Positions 1 to 10,067 of a stretch of 64,000 nucleotides of DNA are shown here, in pieces. The DNA is from an uncultured Pseudomonadota bacterium (GTDB lineage Bacteria; Babelota; Babeliae; Babelales; CAIQNR01). Each line of letters opens with the position of its first letter. Positions within the stretch are counted from its first letter, which is position 1. The notes under the pieces are model-generated. The model saw nothing but the letters and a program-made list of their open reading frames with translations. It did not search any database and had not been told where the DNA came from. The position numbers were made by a program, and so were the translations under genes. Location of the stretch: contig CAYSQM010000001.1 of the NCBI GenBank assembly GCA_964433415.1, positions 11,468 to 75,467 on the forward strand. Reading direction: 5' to 3'.

Positions 1-85
1 ACAAAATAAGGAAGAACATGCTATTCTTTTGAAAGAAACTTTTTTATTTTTATATAGTACTTTTATTAAAATAAGAACTATAAAA

Positions 86-1555
86 ATGATGAAAGATTTT
101 AATTTATCGTATGCTCCTTTAAATCTAAAAATTAATAAAATGACTTCTTTTATTGATTTATTTATTAAGAAACAACACAGTTGTTCAACTCTTGAAGTTG
201 TCTTATTTGGGAAACTAGAAAAGATTGTGAGTGAATTGTTACCTTTAATTGATAACGACAAACTAAAAGAATATTTTGCATTAACATCGCCAAATAACTA
301 TTTAAGTTCTTTGTATAGACTAAAAGATAGTTGTAAGTTATTAAGGCCTGGTCAAGGAACGCAATTGGCCTCTTTATTGCCAGAACTATTAGATACAATA
401 GCCTATTTAGTAGTAAATTATAGCACTGTTTTTTTAACTGAAGTTGAATCATTTTGTGTGATAGAAAAAAAACCTAAAAAAGTTAATTTTTCTTCATCTA
501 TGATCAAATTATTACAATATGTTTTACTTTGTCAGGCATATGCATTTACTAATCAAGACGCTTTAGAAGAGCATGAAAATGCTTTAATTGCAATTTACCA
601 ATTATTTTATGAGTATGCAGAGAAAAATAATTTAATTCCAACTATTACGCTATTGGAAGATCAAGTTTTTAAATTTCCATCTCAATGGAATATGCCTTTA
701 GTTGCAGTCAAGAGTATTGATACATTTAAAGATAGGTCAATTTCAGAATTATTAGCAGATATTGGTGAGCTTGAAGCTCAAGGAATTTTTGTAAAAAAGC
801 AACCTATTAAAACTAAAAAAAAGAAAAAACAAGCACAAGATGTTGTAGAAAAAGTTGAAGCTTTAGTTGATTTAGAAGAGTCGTCGCCTGCCGCTTATCT
901 TGAAGTGGATACTAATATTTATAGTGCTCATAAAAAGATGCCTATTGCATATAATGCACGAGTAAATGATTGGTTTGTTGATCAAGAAAGGGCTTTGACT
1001 GTGCAAGGTTATAAGCAAGGTGAAGACTTTTTTAAACAAGGATTATTAAGCAAGTTTGGTGAAAGAGTAATTGTTTTTAATCATAGATTTCCAAGAATTA
1101 TCGATCAGATTATTTTAAGAGATGTAAAAATTATTCCTATTGTACAAGATGATGGCTCATATTTAGTAAAAATTCCTGGTTATTATACTGATGGAAATGA
1201 ATTACGCCATTTCGGATTTTTTGAAGTAGCGTATTCAATTAAAGAATCTAGTGTGATATCTACTAAAAAGAAAAAAAATGGATCATTGGCTACTAATATT
1301 GAAATTTTTCATAGATTTTTTAGACCAGTAGATGAATTCTCTGATTTATTTTCTAATGCGGGTAATGAACCACCCCATTTTTTAGTTGAAAATGAGCTTG
1401 AAAAGTATGAAATTGAAGCTGTAGAAGCAGTAAATTCAGCGTGGACTGTTGATGAAGAACAAGAAGGGTGGAAGGCTCAATTAGAAAACGAAGAAAATGG
1501 ATTTATATTAATCAATCATCCTGAAAAATTACTTAATTATGTTTTGTTGATTTAA
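86..1555 (+). CDS. hypothetical protein, no signal peptide, no recognised domain
   Basis: Long ORF. The track start at 29 is a TTG; the first ATG pair (MMKDFNLSY) at 86 is more plausible. Internal Lys tracts KTKKKKKQ and STKKKKNG. No motif recognised. Confidence 0.55.
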   Translation: MMKDFNLSYAPLNLKINKMTSFIDLFIKKQHSCSTLEVVLFGKLEKIVSELLPLIDNDKLKEYFALTSPNNYLSSLYRLKDSCKLLRPGQGTQLASLLPELLDTIAYLVVNYSTVFLTEVESFCVIEKKPKKVNFSSSMIKLLQYVLLCQAYAFTNQDALEEHENALIAIYQLFYEYAEKNNLIPTITLLEDQVFKFPSQWNMPLVAVKSIDTFKDRSISELLADIGELEAQGIFVKKQPIKTKKKKKQAQDVVEKVEALVDLEESSPAAYLEVDTNIYSAHKKMPIAYNARVNDWFVDQERALTVQGYKQGEDFFKQGLLSKFGERVIVFNHRFPRIIDQIILRDVKIIPIVQDDGSYLVKIPGYYTDGNELRHFGFFEVAYSIKESSVISTKKKKNGSLATNIEIFHRFFRPVDEFSDLFSNAGNEPPHFLVENELEKYEIEAVEAVNSAWTVDEEQEGWKAQLENEENGFILINHPEKLLNYVLLI

Positions 1556-1566
1556 TATTTAACTAA

Positions 1567-3018
1567 TTAAAATGCGCCACCTAACGTAAGCCATAATCCC
1601 CATTGTTCAAAGCTTTTAGTTGGGTTATGAGGAATTTCAATAAATGCGCCAATGCCTAAAAATCCATCAGCTTTTTTGCCACGAATATGAGTGCCTAAAG
1701 AAGTATGTACTCTATAATTAACCGTTGGTACTGTTTCTCCAGAATTTAAATTAATATCATTTTGAAGGATCGGGGTAAAGGTAGCATCATTAGTAGCTTG
1801 TTCACGAATGGTACTAGTGCTTGCAGTCGTATTAATGGCTGTTCCTGCAATGCCATAAATTTCTTGCCACTGAGCAATAAGTTTTGCTCGTTCTCCGCCA
1901 TGACCCCATACGCCAAATCCAATTTCTGCCATTACTTTATTAACATCCAAGCGCAGGCCAGTAGAAAATTCAACAATACTATAAGGTGATAAGCGTACTT
2001 TTTGAGTTAATATATTAATGGCAGGGATAGTTTGATCAATTATTTGATTTTTTTTCCTTAATAATAAGTATCTGCTCCATTCTTTGTTTTTGAGATCAAA
2101 AGTACGGTACTGATGATTACGTATAAGCCAGGTATTTTCTAGATCAAGAAAAAATGTGCAGGAAGTAAAGCTTTCTTTGCTCGTTAAAGGTGCTTGTAGG
2201 TGGGCTCCCCATAAAAATCCAATATGACCATTATTTCCAATTTGTGGTGTAAAAATATATTCATTTTTTTGTGGCCCAGTCATTGGCAGAGAAATACCAG
2301 AATAAGAAACTAGTAATGCTCGTTCATTAGAAATAAAAGTTTTTCCAAGTTCTAAGCGTAATTCGCCAGGACGTACTGTTGTTTTGTTGCTGGTTGATAT
2401 TTTTTGATAGTTCCAGGTAGGGTTTGTAAATGCACTGACAATATCAAAAACGGTGTTTGTGGTTGGCCCAGCATTGGTAATACGTGATTGGCTAAAATTA
2501 AGATTATTTTTAACAAGTAGAATTGGCATACTGGCAGCAACATACATTGAACTTAAAAAACCTGTTTTAAAGAATGATTTTAATGAATGACGTGCTTGAA
2601 TTTCAAAACATCCTTGGCTTTGTTCAGGTGTTATATTTAAGGTTCCCCCAAAATTGTTAGGTAGACCAAGCCATTCTGGTCGAATATCGCGATTTGCATC
2701 AGTGTTACTTATTACGATTGAATCATGATTTTGCATTAAAAAATATTGCTTTAAAAGTGGAGAAGTTGTGGTGCTTTGAAAACTACCAGTAACTCTAAAG
2801 CCAGTATTTTTTGTTTCATCAAATCCAGCATCATGCCATAAAGTAGTTCGAGTCGCAATGTTTTGGAACAGAGGCCGAGTGAATAAAAAAGTTTGACTGC
2901 TTATTTGAGTTAAGCCTGAATAAAGAGTTGTATCAGCATAAAGAGTTATTTTTACAAAACTTAAAGTTAAGCTTGTAAGTATGAAAGGCAATAATGGGCG
3001 ACTTATATGTTTTTTCAT
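1567..3018 (-). CDS. outer-membrane beta-barrel protein (porin-like), family not recognised
   Basis: Signal peptide MKKHISRPLLPFILTSLTLSFVKITLYA. Gly/aromatic-rich alternating pattern. C-terminus WLTLGGAF ends in Phe, as in BAM substrates. Confidence 0.55.
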   Translation of the reverse strand: MKKHISRPLLPFILTSLTLSFVKITLYADTTLYSGLTQISSQTFLFTRPLFQNIATRTTLWHDAGFDETKNTGFRVTGSFQSTTTSPLLKQYFLMQNHDSIVISNTDANRDIRPEWLGLPNNFGGTLNITPEQSQGCFEIQARHSLKSFFKTGFLSSMYVAASMPILLVKNNLNFSQSRITNAGPTTNTVFDIVSAFTNPTWNYQKISTSNKTTVRPGELRLELGKTFISNERALLVSYSGISLPMTGPQKNEYIFTPQIGNNGHIGFLWGAHLQAPLTSKESFTSCTFFLDLENTWLIRNHQYRTFDLKNKEWSRYLLLRKKNQIIDQTIPAINILTQKVRLSPYSIVEFSTGLRLDVNKVMAEIGFGVWGHGGERAKLIAQWQEIYGIAGTAINTTASTSTIREQATNDATFTPILQNDINLNSGETVPTVNYRVHTSLGTHIRGKKADGFLGIGAFIEIPHNPTKSFEQWGLWLTLGGAF

Positions 3019-3229
3019 GACAATCCTTAAAGGCCTAGTAACAATAAATAATGATCATGAGCTTAAAAAAGCTTAGCAATAAATACAAGAACTTAATAAA
3101 GTTTTTCAGAAAGGAATTAATTTGGCGTTCTCGTTGATCTATTTTTTAAAGTGGCTATCCTTATCCATAAATGATTGCGCTTGAGTCTTAATTCAATTAG
3201 TACTTTATTAAAAAAGGTTTAAAGATTAT

Positions 3230-4837
3230 ATGAAAAAAGTAGTATTAATGATATTAACAATTTTTTTATCAATAAATTTATCAGTATCCTGTTCTGAGAA
3301 AAATTTAATAGAACCTTTTTATATGCAAACTATTTCTACTCCGTTAGGATCTAAAGAATTTAATTTTATACGCCCTATGAGTTCTTTAATGGGAGGGGCT
3401 GTTTCTGCAGTTGATCTTTATACTTCGGCTCAAAATAGTCAAGGAGCTGTAATTATTGCTGCAGCTAAAGCAAGAAAAGAAATTCCTGAAATAATATTGG
3501 TACCACTTGCTTTTTTGCTTCCTCATAATCTAGAAAATATTTTTGATTCTTCATCTACTTATTACTATCAAGTTGTTGGAGATGAGCGATCATTGCAATT
3601 AATAGATGTTACCTTGCCGGTTATTCATTTTTTAAAAATGAATTCATTCTATTTATCTAATGGTATAGGGCATGACCTTTTAATAGGTCATAAGCAAGCA
3701 TTGGAATCATATAATTTATGTCTAAACTTATATCGTCAGCACTATGGCACTATAGAGGGGCAGTATAAAGAGGAAGAATTGCCTGAAAACATCGCTTTTC
3801 AAGGAGTTCCTAATGATGTTGAGGAGGAAGCTAAGAAATTTAAAGAAGATCGTGCGGTATTAAAAAAAATAAGAATAAATTTAGTAGATCAGATTATTTC
3901 TGAATATATTGATGGTGAAGCAAAAGAAATACTTGAAGAAGTTTGTGAAGAAGAAAGAGCTGCAAAAAAAGAATTTTTTTTAGAGCAAAATTTAGAAGCA
4001 AGAAAAAATCAGTCTTTAGAAGTCGATAGTTCTTTAGAAATCGATAGTCCTTTTGCGGTGGGCAACCAGAGTAATAAAAAGAAAAAGCGCAAGTATAAAA
4101 AAAGTTTAGGTGCATCTAGCCAAAATTATGACGAAGATGATTTAGATTCTTTATTGGAAGAAGCTAAAAAAAGTGGTCAAGGGGCGTTTAATCAAAATGC
4201 AAAACCAGAAATAGTTAGACCAAGAGTTTCATTAAGATTTTTGAAGTCTCTTTTGAGTCGTTCTTTGCAAGAAGATAAAAGCGAAAATCAATTTAATTGT
4301 TTATATCTTACCGATGAACAGATGCAAGATATTTTGAAAGCCTATGAAATTATACAATTAGCGTCAGGTATCGATTCAAGGCTTAGAGAAATTGAAGAAG
4401 ATGTAAAATTGTCCGAAATAAATGAAAAAGAAAAAGTAAGTTTTTGTGATGATATTACTTTTAAAAGGGCATTTTTTAATGTTTATAAGGAATATTCTTT
4501 GTATGTTATTAAGTTTAATTATTATATTGAATCTAAAAAAATATTACATTTAATGCCACAAAATCTTAATGTTCTTATTAATAAGACTACTGATTGCTTT
4601 ACAAATCTTTCTGATAAAATGCTTTTAAAAAAGAAAGATAAAGCTTTTGATTTAAACTTAGAAATTATAAATTTTTTTATGAATATTGAGTCAATAAGAA
4701 AAGAATTATATAGCTTTCCGCTCTTTGATAAAGAGTCTTTAGGCTTAGAAGATACAGTAGAAACATTTAATTCAATAAGAAAAATGATGTCTTTGATATT
4801 AAACTTGTCTTTTGATTTAAGGTCGTTGATTCTATAA
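3230..4837 (+). CDS. secreted/lipoprotein candidate, acidic coiled-coil protein with basic NLS-like cluster
   Basis: Signal peptide with lipobox-like LSVSC. E/K-rich central region and a KKKKRKYKK cluster. Contains an 18-bp x2 tandem repeat encoding SLEVDS/SLEIDS. Confidence 0.6.
   Translation: MKKVVLMILTIFLSINLSVSCSEKNLIEPFYMQTISTPLGSKEFNFIRPMSSLMGGAVSAVDLYTSAQNSQGAVIIAAAKARKEIPEIILVPLAFLLPHNLENIFDSSSTYYYQVVGDERSLQLIDVTLPVIHFLKMNSFYLSNGIGHDLLIGHKQALESYNLCLNLYRQHYGTIEGQYKEEELPENIAFQGVPNDVEEEAKKFKEDRAVLKKIRINLVDQIISEYIDGEAKEILEEVCEEERAAKKEFFLEQNLEARKNQSLEVDSSLEIDSPFAVGNQSNKKKKRKYKKSLGASSQNYDEDDLDSLLEEAKKSGQGAFNQNAKPEIVRPRVSLRFLKSLLSRSLQEDKSENQFNCLYLTDEQMQDILKAYEIIQLASGIDSRLREIEEDVKLSEINEKEKVSFCDDITFKRAFFNVYKEYSLYVIKFNYYIESKKILHLMPQNLNVLINKTTDCFTNLSDKMLLKKKDKAFDLNLEIINFFMNIESIRKELYSFPLFDKESLGLEDTVETFNSIRKMMSLILNLSFDLRSLIL
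4013..4048 (+). repeat. 18-bp direct tandem repeat, 2 copies, 1 mismatch, in-frame
   Basis: tctttagaagtcgatagt / tctttagaaatcgatagt, read directly from the sequence. Confidence 0.8.
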
Positions 4838-4961
4838 GAAACTATTTTAAGCTTGATTGTGTGGTTATTCCTATCTGATTGATTATTTGTGTGGTTCCTG
4901 TATTGTAAAAAGTATGGAATTTAATGGACTAATATTTAATAAAATAATAAGAAGTTACTAT

Positions 4962-5972
4962 ATGAAATATATAAAATTTTTAATTATAGCTATATTTGGT
5001 TTTTGTTTTGGGTTAGACCTTAAAGCAAGTCAGCAGCATCCTAAAAAACAAACTTTTACTTCCTCTTTGGCGCAGTGTGAGAAAGCTTATAAAGCTAGAG
5101 TAAAGACAGAAGAAGAAAGAAGAGAAAAAAAATCAAAAAAAAAGCTGGAAAAGAAAGCTAAAGCTAAGGAAAAAAAATATCAAGAAACAGCAGAAGTAGA
5201 AGAGTTTTTTTATGCATTAGACATTCAATATGAAGAAAGTGGAAGTTCTCTTAAAGTTTCTCAAGAATTATCTCAAGAAAAAGTCCTTAATAATATGCAA
5301 ATTGTCCCTTCCCATCAAGATTATAATTTTTCTGGTGCATTAGATGGTGCCAATAATATGCAAATTCTTCCTTATTATCGTCATGATCAATCTATAATTG
5401 ATCATATTTCTAAATATGTTCATGATTCATTGAGAAATGAAACTTCTTCACAATCTGCTGAAAGTGTCCATTCTGTTGCAGCCATTGATGAAGCGGCTGT
5501 GTCTTGCGATGTTCAATTAAGTGGCTCAAAAAAAACAAGTAAATATTCTTCTCAAAGTTCTTCGGGAGCAAGACCATCATTGCCATTATTCGCTTTACCA
5601 CACAGCGCATCAAGATCCTCAGGCCAACCTTCATATTCTAATGATTCCAAAATAGCCTCTAGTAGTTTTCTAAGTAGAAATAAAGTTGCAATAGTAGCGG
5701 TAAGTGCTTTAGTTGGTGGTGTTGCGTATTACGCAGCTACTCGTGGATTAAGGCCAGAAACTATTGTTAAAGATTTGAAAGCAGCTAAAAATTTTTGTGT
5801 GGACAATGCTGGTAAGGCTAAAGAAAAGACTATTGAGTTGGTTGGTGCTGTAAAAGAAAAAACTCCTGAATTAAAATCTAAATTTAATTTTGGATTAGCT
5901 GCTATTGGGAGTTATGCAATAAGTGGTCTTAATAATTTAAAATGGATTTTAGAAAATCCAGAATTAGAATAA
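4962..5972 (+). CDS. secreted/membrane hypothetical protein with Lys-rich tract and C-terminal TM segments
   Basis: The track ORF starts at 4857 on a non-ATG codon. The ATG at 4962 gives MKYIKFLIIAIFGFCFGLDLKA, a signal peptide. Contains RREKKSKKKLEKKAKAKEKK, a Ser-rich middle, and hydrophobic VAIVAVSALVGGVAYYAA and GLAAIGSYAISGL. Confidence 0.6.
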   Translation: MKYIKFLIIAIFGFCFGLDLKASQQHPKKQTFTSSLAQCEKAYKARVKTEEERREKKSKKKLEKKAKAKEKKYQETAEVEEFFYALDIQYEESGSSLKVSQELSQEKVLNNMQIVPSHQDYNFSGALDGANNMQILPYYRHDQSIIDHISKYVHDSLRNETSSQSAESVHSVAAIDEAAVSCDVQLSGSKKTSKYSSQSSSGARPSLPLFALPHSASRSSGQPSYSNDSKIASSSFLSRNKVAIVAVSALVGGVAYYAATRGLRPETIVKDLKAAKNFCVDNAGKAKEKTIELVGAVKEKTPELKSKFNFGLAAIGSYAISGLNNLKWILENPELE

Positions 5973-6018
5973 AAAATTATTTTTTTAATAACATCTTTAA
6001 CTTATAAATGGAGTTTAT

Positions 6019-6822
6019 ATGAAAAAGAAATTAATAACGCTTGGCTTGTTGGTCGGCATTTGCGGAGTTGTTTTTGCAAGTGAATTTGAAAGCGATGATG
6101 ATGGTTTATCATCTGAATTTAAATTATCAAAGGCATCTCTGAAATCAGAAATAATGGACCTTTGTGAAAAGAAGAAAATAGAACGTTCTTTGTTTCTTAA
6201 ATTGGTGAATGAGCCAGCAGAAGTTGATAAAGCAAGAAAAATGTTATTGCGTGCGGCACCTTTATTGCTTAAGACTCTTCCAATATTTTCTAAGGGTGTA
6301 TTTATAACAAAACTTTCTGAATCAAAAATTAAAAATTTTTCTGGTTTATTTTTTCAAGAAAGCGATTCTCTTTCTGGAGATGCTACCCAAGTAGAAAGAG
6401 ACAAAAAATATCTTTCTCAACAAGATCAAGTAAAAAAAACTTTATTGTTATTGTTTCTTTTGACTAAAGATAATCCTTCTATAAAGGTAACTATTAAAAA
6501 TTCTGCAAGGGATGTATATGAGTCATTGCCGGCAGAAGCAAAAGAATTAGTGAGTTATGAAGGTGATTCTTTTTATCAAAATCATAAGAAGAAAATACAG
6601 TTTATTGCCCTGTGTTCATTGGCTTTTTTTCTTTTTAAATATAAAGATTTATTTTTTAAAGATGGCCTTTTGAAAACTCAACTTTTTGCTTTAATAGAAA
6701 AAATAATTTCTGCTTTTAAAACTTATACTATTTCTAAAATGGTTATAGCTTCTGTTGTCTTGCAAAACGCGGGTCTTTATCTTTATCAGACAAGATTTAT
6801 TTCAGCATTAATGAAGGAATAA
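6019..6822 (+). CDS. secreted hypothetical protein with C-terminal hydrophobic segments
   Basis: Signal peptide MKKKLITLGLLVGICGVVFA. The C-terminal region has TM-like stretches (FIALCSLAFFLF, MVIASVVLQNAGLYLY). Confidence 0.6.
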   Translation: MKKKLITLGLLVGICGVVFASEFESDDDGLSSEFKLSKASLKSEIMDLCEKKKIERSLFLKLVNEPAEVDKARKMLLRAAPLLLKTLPIFSKGVFITKLSESKIKNFSGLFFQESDSLSGDATQVERDKKYLSQQDQVKKTLLLLFLLTKDNPSIKVTIKNSARDVYESLPAEAKELVSYEGDSFYQNHKKKIQFIALCSLAFFLFKYKDLFFKDGLLKTQLFALIEKIISAFKTYTISKMVIASVVLQNAGLYLYQTRFISALMKE

Positions 6823-6962
6823 ATCTTAGATAAAAATCAATGGTTTTTATTTCTATAATTTGACGGTTTAAGCGTAAGAGAGTATTATTTCAAACAGTAT
6901 GTTTTATTAAAAAATAAAATATAAGTAATCTATTTTTAACCAATTATTATGGGGATTTTATT

Positions 6963-7178
6963 ATGAAGAAAAATCTATTTTTTGCTGTTCTTTTGGTATC
7001 AGCTTTTGGTTCAGTTTGTGCTAATGAAGTTGTAGATTCTGTAGAAACAACTGAACAAGTAGTACCCGTTGTTGTTATTAAAAAAGAAATAACTCCTGCT
7101 GTAGAAGTAACTGAAGAAGTTGCAGTAGCAGCAGAAGAAGCTGTTGTAGTTGCAGAAGAAGCACAAGCAGCTGCTTAA
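6963..7178 (+). CDS. small secreted acidic Val/Glu/Ala-rich protein
   Basis: 71 aa with signal peptide MKKNLFFAVLLVSAFGSVCA, followed by V/E/A/T low-complexity sequence. Lies directly upstream of the P-type ATPase. Confidence 0.45.
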   Translation: MKKNLFFAVLLVSAFGSVCANEVVDSVETTEQVVPVVVIKKEITPAVEVTEEVAVAAEEAVVVAEEAQAAA

Positions 7179-7320
7179 GCTAAATTTAAATGGGGGTTAT
7201 TCTTTTTTTCTTTCTTTTCTATTTTGCATTTTTATTTCATCTAGTGGTATTCTTATTCTCTAGCTTATCTTTATTTTATTTATGATATAAAGATTTTATG
7301 TGGACTTTAAGGGGAACGTT

Positions 7321-10014
7321 ATGATGAAGAATTGTTATCAACAGGTTTTAAGTTTGCTTGTTGAACAGTATGATACTAATATTTTGACTGGTTTATCTTA
7401 TGCGCAAGTTAAAAAAAGGCTTGCACAGCAAGGATTAAATAAAACACCAAAGATAGCCAGTAGTTCACTCCTTTCTATTTTTATTGATCAATATAAAAAT
7501 TACTTAAGTTATATTTTGTTTGGAGCAGCTGGAATAATTTTTGTATCAGGTGCTTATTATGACGCCTTTATTATTATTGGCATTCTTCTTTTAAATGGAA
7601 TAGTAGGAACCATTCAAGAAGAAAGAATTAGTGCTATTTTTAAAAGGATGGAATCTCTTAAAAAAAATGATTCGATTGTTTTGCGAGCGGGTAAAAAACA
7701 GGTTGTTTTAGATGAACAATTAGTTGAAGGAGATATTGTCTTTTTAAGTGAAGGCAATCAGGTTCCTGCGGATGCTCGAATTATTGAAGCCTATGATTTT
7801 TGCGTAGATGAATCTATTCTTACTGGCGAATCTCATCCTATTCAAAAAATTGCTGTTGAACTTTATCAAGAGTTGCCCTTGTATCAACAAGTGAATATGG
7901 TTTTTGCTGAATCAGTGGTAACTTCTGGTATTGCAAAAGTATTAATTGTTGCTACAGGTAAGAGAACAGAACGCGGTCTTACTTATGCAATGATAGAAAC
8001 TTTATCAGTAGAAGTTCCATTGCAAAAAGATATTGAACGTGTTCTTAAAATATTATTAATAATTATTGCAATTATTTGTTTTGGGTTGCTTGGTGTTGGG
8101 TTATTGACCGGCAAGCCATTTGGACAATTATTAGCTTCCATTACAGCTCTTTTTATTTGTATTGTTCCTCAAGGTCTTCCTGTTATTATGACAGTAGTAT
8201 TGGTTTCTGGAGCTTATACTGTTTCACGTCGAAATATTTTTATAAAAAAATTACAATCATTAGAAACTTTTGGCCGCACAGAAGTTATTATTTTTGATAA
8301 AACAGGGACTTTAACTCTTAATGAGTTAATGGTTACTTCTTTTTTAGCAGGTTCTGTAGAATATAGAGTTACTGGTTCTGGTTATTTTCCTGAAGGAGAT
8401 ATTTTAGATTCTTCTACAGAAAAAAAAGTAACTATTATTTCAGATGATTTAGAATTAATGGCAGGGGCTTCTTTATTATTAAATGGTGCTGATATTTATT
8501 TTAATAAAGAAAAAGGAATATATACGGTTAAAGGAAGTTCTATTGAAGCAGCATTACAAGTGTGTGCTCAGAAATTAGGAATTGATGAAGCTAAGTTAAT
8601 AAGCACTTATACGCAACATTATGAGATTCCTTTTCATGCCGATACCCAGTTCCATTCTGGCTTTTATGAAAAAGATGGAAAAGGAATTGGGTTTACTATA
8701 GGGTCTCCAGAAAAATTATTTGAGTATGCTCGTCCAAGTAAAATTCAACAAGATTTTTTTGAAAAATTGGTACATTCAGGGTTACGTGCAGTTGCCGTTA
8801 TTAAGACCGAGTATGAGGTAACAGCTATTCCTCAAGAATTAGAAAAACAAAAAGAGTTTTTCTTAAATACACTAAATTTTAATACAACAGCGCTTGGTGT
8901 ATTTGGTATTACCGATTCACTGCGTAAAGAGTCTGCCTCTATTATTGATCAATTACATGCTGCTGGTATTAAAGTAGTGATGGCGACAGGTGATCATGCA
9001 ACCACTGCATTTTATTTAGCTAAAACAGCTCATATTGCATCAGAAGAAAATGAACTTATGGAAGGTCCTTTTTTGCGTAGTTTATCAGATGAGGAATTAC
9101 TACCTTATTTAGAAAAAATTACAGTTTTTTCCCGCACTGTGCCAACTGATAAGTTACGCTTAGTCAAATTGTTTCAGAAAAAAGGGTTTATTGTTACCAT
9201 GATTGGTGATGGGGTTAATGATGCTCCTGCTTTAAAAGCTGCTCATATTGGAATTGCTATGGGTGATACTGGTAGCGAAATTACCAAGCAGGTTTCTAGT
9301 ATTATTTTATTGGATAACTCCTTTGGAAATATTTTGATGGGCATAAGAGAAGGAAGGCATAGTTTTTTATCTTTTAAACGAGTTATTTTGTATTATTTTA
9401 CTATTAATTTTGCTGAATTATTAGTTATGTCGTTTATGATTGCATGCGCTTTTCCATTACCATTAATTGCAGCACAGATTTTATGGTTAAATCTTATGAC
9501 AGATGGCTTTCTTGATTATGCATTGGCATTAGAAAAAGAAGAGCCACATTTGCTTGATAAATCATGGTTTTCTTATAATGCTGCATTAATCACCAAAGAA
9601 CTTATTTATAGAATTTTTTATCAAGCTATTGTTACGACCAGCGCTGTTTTATTGGTTTTCTTTTTTTATTATAAAATTAATCTTATTCTTGCGCGTACCA
9701 TGGCAATGGCAACATTTACCGTATGTCATGCAATTACTGCATTAAATTGTCGTTCATTGCATCTTTCATTATTTTCACTTTCCTTATGGTCTAATAAGTG
9801 GCTAGTAGCTTCTTTTGTGGCAATTATTATTATTTTTTTAGCAATCATTTATTCACCATTTGGACAACGATTGTTTGAGGTGGTTCCTCTTACTGGTGAA
9901 CATTGGCTCTTATTGGGGATGATTGGCGGTGGATTGATGTGCCTTGAAGAATTACGTAAATTTTTAGTAAGACGCTTAACTTTTTTCGTTGACGACTTTT
10001 TTAAATCAGAGTAG
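7321..10014 (+). CDS. P-type (E1-E2) cation-transporting ATPase, type II-like
   Basis: Motifs LTGESHP, FDKTGTLT (phospho-Asp), TGDHATTA and GDGVNDAPALK, with multiple TM helices. The ATG at 7321, preceded by AAGGGG, is preferred over the track GTG at 7300. The TM4 motif reads PQGLP rather than PEGLP. Confidence 0.9.
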   Translation: MMKNCYQQVLSLLVEQYDTNILTGLSYAQVKKRLAQQGLNKTPKIASSSLLSIFIDQYKNYLSYILFGAAGIIFVSGAYYDAFIIIGILLLNGIVGTIQEERISAIFKRMESLKKNDSIVLRAGKKQVVLDEQLVEGDIVFLSEGNQVPADARIIEAYDFCVDESILTGESHPIQKIAVELYQELPLYQQVNMVFAESVVTSGIAKVLIVATGKRTERGLTYAMIETLSVEVPLQKDIERVLKILLIIIAIICFGLLGVGLLTGKPFGQLLASITALFICIVPQGLPVIMTVVLVSGAYTVSRRNIFIKKLQSLETFGRTEVIIFDKTGTLTLNELMVTSFLAGSVEYRVTGSGYFPEGDILDSSTEKKVTIISDDLELMAGASLLLNGADIYFNKEKGIYTVKGSSIEAALQVCAQKLGIDEAKLISTYTQHYEIPFHADTQFHSGFYEKDGKGIGFTIGSPEKLFEYARPSKIQQDFFEKLVHSGLRAVAVIKTEYEVTAIPQELEKQKEFFLNTLNFNTTALGVFGITDSLRKESASIIDQLHAAGIKVVMATGDHATTAFYLAKTAHIASEENELMEGPFLRSLSDEELLPYLEKITVFSRTVPTDKLRLVKLFQKKGFIVTMIGDGVNDAPALKAAHIGIAMGDTGSEITKQVSSIILLDNSFGNILMGIREGRHSFLSFKRVILYYFTINFAELLVMSFMIACAFPLPLIAAQILWLNLMTDGFLDYALALEKEEPHLLDKSWFSYNAALITKELIYRIFYQAIVTTSAVLLVFFFYYKINLILARTMAMATFTVCHAITALNCRSLHLSLFSLSLWSNKWLVASFVAIIIIFLAIIYSPFGQRLFEVVPLTGEHWLLLGMIGGGLMCLEELRKFLVRRLTFFVDDFFKSE

Positions 10015-10067
10015 ATTCAACGGAGAAAAAGAGTAAAGGGTTTAACTATTTAGATAAAAGGTTATTT

